NCBI GenBank assembly: GCA_001179505.1
Contig: CDMY01000477.1
Span: forward strand, 186,001-250,000
DNA from: Vitrella brassicaformis CCMP3155
Lineage: Eukaryota > Protista > Chromerida
Direction of reading: 5' to 3'
DNA: 64,000 nt
In this document: positions 61,977 to 64,000 of the stretch, one piece after another
How positions within the stretch are numbered: the first letter of the stretch is position 1
Layout of the letters: each line of letters starts with the position of its first letter
Made by a program: the position numbers and the translations under genes
Notes under the pieces: generated by a model
Databases searched by the model: none
Told to the model about the DNA's origin: nothing
What the model saw: only the letters and a program-made list of their open reading frames with translations

Positions 61977-63943
61977 GGAGAGAGAGAAGGGGCATTTCTG
62001 TGAAGGCACAGCACATCCACATGTGTGTGAACGTCGGCCCAAATACCGGCCGTCGGTGAGGACTTTGGAGATGACCTCCTTGAGCTTCTGGTGCTGTCTT
62101 CTGAACTTGCGCAGGTCCTCGATGCGCTCCTGCAGGGCCGTGTGCTCGCAGTTGAGCTTCGGCGGGGGCCGCTCGGACGTGCCGCGCTTCTTGACTTGCT
62201 CACGGACCAAATCCTTGAAGTTGCGCACCTATCACACACACACACACAGAGAGGGAGGGAGGGTGTGTGTGTGTGTGTGGTGAGTGTCTTCTCATTGGGT
62301 GACGTACTTCGTCTTCCCAGAGTCTGAAGAGTTCGTTGCATCCCGCCGTGGCGTGGTCGAACTCCTCATACTCGAGCTGCATCAAACGCTGAGACGACAA
62401 CACCTACACACACAAACACACACACACACACACATCCATTCACCCCCTCCCCCTCTCTCTGTGTGTGGTGTGTGTTGGTTGCCTTGAGTATCTGTGCGGC
62501 GAGGTCTCTGGAGACGGCCTCCACGAGGTTGAATGCCCGCAGCAGGGGGTAGAGCGTGGCGTTTTTGATCTTGCGCATGTGGCTGAAGATGGACCTGATG
62601 GAGTAGGTCAGCTGGTCGACGGTCGTCGCCGCCAGGAGGTCGTTGATGGGGAAGTCGCGCATCAGGATGATGATGTTGCTGACCTTCTCCATGGCAGGCT
62701 TCAGCCCTGACACATCCCACACACAGATATATGTGTGTGTGCGTGTGTGGGTGTGGGTGTGGGTGTGGGTGTGTGTGCCTGCCTGTGTCGGCTTCGAAGG
62801 AGATGGTCGCGAGGAAGCGTTTGGCCTGTTTGAGCAGGTTGAGGGTCAGCTCGATCTCGGGCGTCTGCAGCTGCTGGTGCGCGTGGTTCAACGCCCGCTC
62901 CAAACCCAACCAAAAGTTGATCTCCTGCATCGCACTACCTGTCGTCGGATCCCTACACACACACACACGCCATGACAGCCACCCCCTCTCTCTCTCTGTG
63001 TGTGTGGGGGGGGTGCACCTGCTGAGCCGTGTGACCTTCTGAATCTCCTTGATCCATCTGTTGACACCCGACTGTATCTGGTTGAGGAATGAGGGGTCCT
63101 CGAGCCGCTCTGCGAAGTCCTCGACGCGCAGTTTGGTGCCCTTGGACTTGGACCGCGCGGCGGCCTCGCGGATCTCGGGGTCGACCGTCAGGCTGATCTC
63201 GGGAATCTCAACGTTCTGCTGGCACTGCACACACACACCACAAAGAGGGAGAGGGAGAGCGAGAGGGAGAGGGGCATATAGTATGTCTGTGGGCGTGGTC
63301 ATCCTCTCTCTCCCTCTCTCTGTGTGTGTGTGGTTCTTTCTCTGACCTGCATGCAGGACATGGCGAGTTCTGCGATTTTCTTCTGGACGTTGGGTATGCC
63401 GATCTTGGTCTCGTCCTGGCCCTTGCTCTCGTCGTCGCCCCCCTCGCTGCGGTACGTGTTGAACAGAGGCGCGAAGCTGTTCTGCAGGTAGGTATGCACC
63501 AGCTCGAAGGGCGAGCTCTCGTTGTCCATGTAGCCCAGAGTGATCATCTGCAGCTGCCCACCGATGTGCCGCAAAGACGACTGCCGGCCGCCAGTGAGGT
63601 CCTGCTCACCGGCCCTCTCCCCCGCCCCGCCGGTGTCCACCACGTTAAACCCCGGCCGCTTGGCGAAGGCGATGATCGTGGCGCGGGAGCCCTTGAACGA
63701 GACCTCCAGGTCGAGAAAGAGCCGGTGCTGCGGCTCCTCGTCGGCCTTCTCGCTCTCAGTCTGGAGGATCTCCTTGCCGACAACAAGGGTGTGGATCTGC
63801 GCGTCGGCGATGAACTGCTGGATCTTCTCGCCGTCCTTGCGGCCGGTGAGCAGCCGCATGAGCTCCTCTCGGGAGCAGTCGAGGACGGGCGGGCAGACGG
63901 CCAGCAGGAAGTCGATAACCGGGGCCTTATTGATGCCCTCCAT
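41467..63943 (-). CDS. DYNC1H1: Cytoplasmic dynein 1 heavy chain, full length, dozens of introns
   Basis: P-loops GPAGTGKTE (AAA1), GNVGSGKS (AAA2), GPPGSGKT (AAA3), GASGAGKT (AAA4). Cytoplasmic-type motifs [34 protein letters not shown] and GDCLL.. in the stalk/AAA5 region. C-terminal extension ends [13 protein letters not shown]. Confidence 0.97.
48150..48449. other. Assembly gap (300 N) inside a dynein intron
   Basis: Flanking exons join in frame ([16 protein letters not shown]), so no coding sequence is evidently lost. Confidence 0.95.
51099..51398. other. Assembly gap (300 N) inside a dynein intron
   Basis: Flanking exons join as [18 protein letters not shown]. Confidence 0.95.
56756..57055. 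other. Assembly gap (300 N) that hides dynein coding sequence
   Basis: Exons read MKKVTQRPK / gap / [12 protein letters not shown]. The conserved intervening segment with FPRFYF is not visible. Confidence 0.9.
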
Positions 63944-64000
63944 GGTTGTGGCCAGATGTCACAGATCCGACGGACACGAAAGTGCGATGGTCAACGGGCC

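Noticed and set aside
1-64000. Hundreds of ORFs rich in CVCV, THTH, LSLS, RERE or WMDG
   Set aside because: They are translations of intronic (GT/CA), (CT/GA) and (GGAT) microsatellites, not proteins.

Overview
Eukaryotic, intron-rich, GC-rich genomic DNA. Introns are filled with (CA/GT)n, (CT/GA)n and (GGAT)n microsatellites. Gene content (a CDPK with EF-hands, a leader-bearing Ufd1) and style point to an alveolate, probably a chromerid such as Vitrella; this is an inference. Recognised genes: an apparently decayed Ser/Thr kinase, Ufd1 with an N-terminal leader, tRNA-Arg(UCG), DPM2, a Pumilio/PUF protein, an alpha/beta hydrolase, membrin/GOSR2, VPS60/CHMP5, a CDPK and a full cytoplasmic dynein heavy chain (41.5-63.9 kb, minus strand). 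An accessory stretch at about 19.8-26 kb holds a SET-like gene with tiny introns, a MYND-finger pseudogene with a footprint-like 11-bp insertion, an F-box-like intronless ORF and a 303-bp TRIM-like element. The most unusual local structures are a 99-nt near-perfect hairpin filling a putative exon (330-428) and the 303-bp element with Pol III-like boxes. There are four 300-N assembly gaps, and one must hide a dynein exon. Multi-exon gene coordinates are spans assembled by eye.
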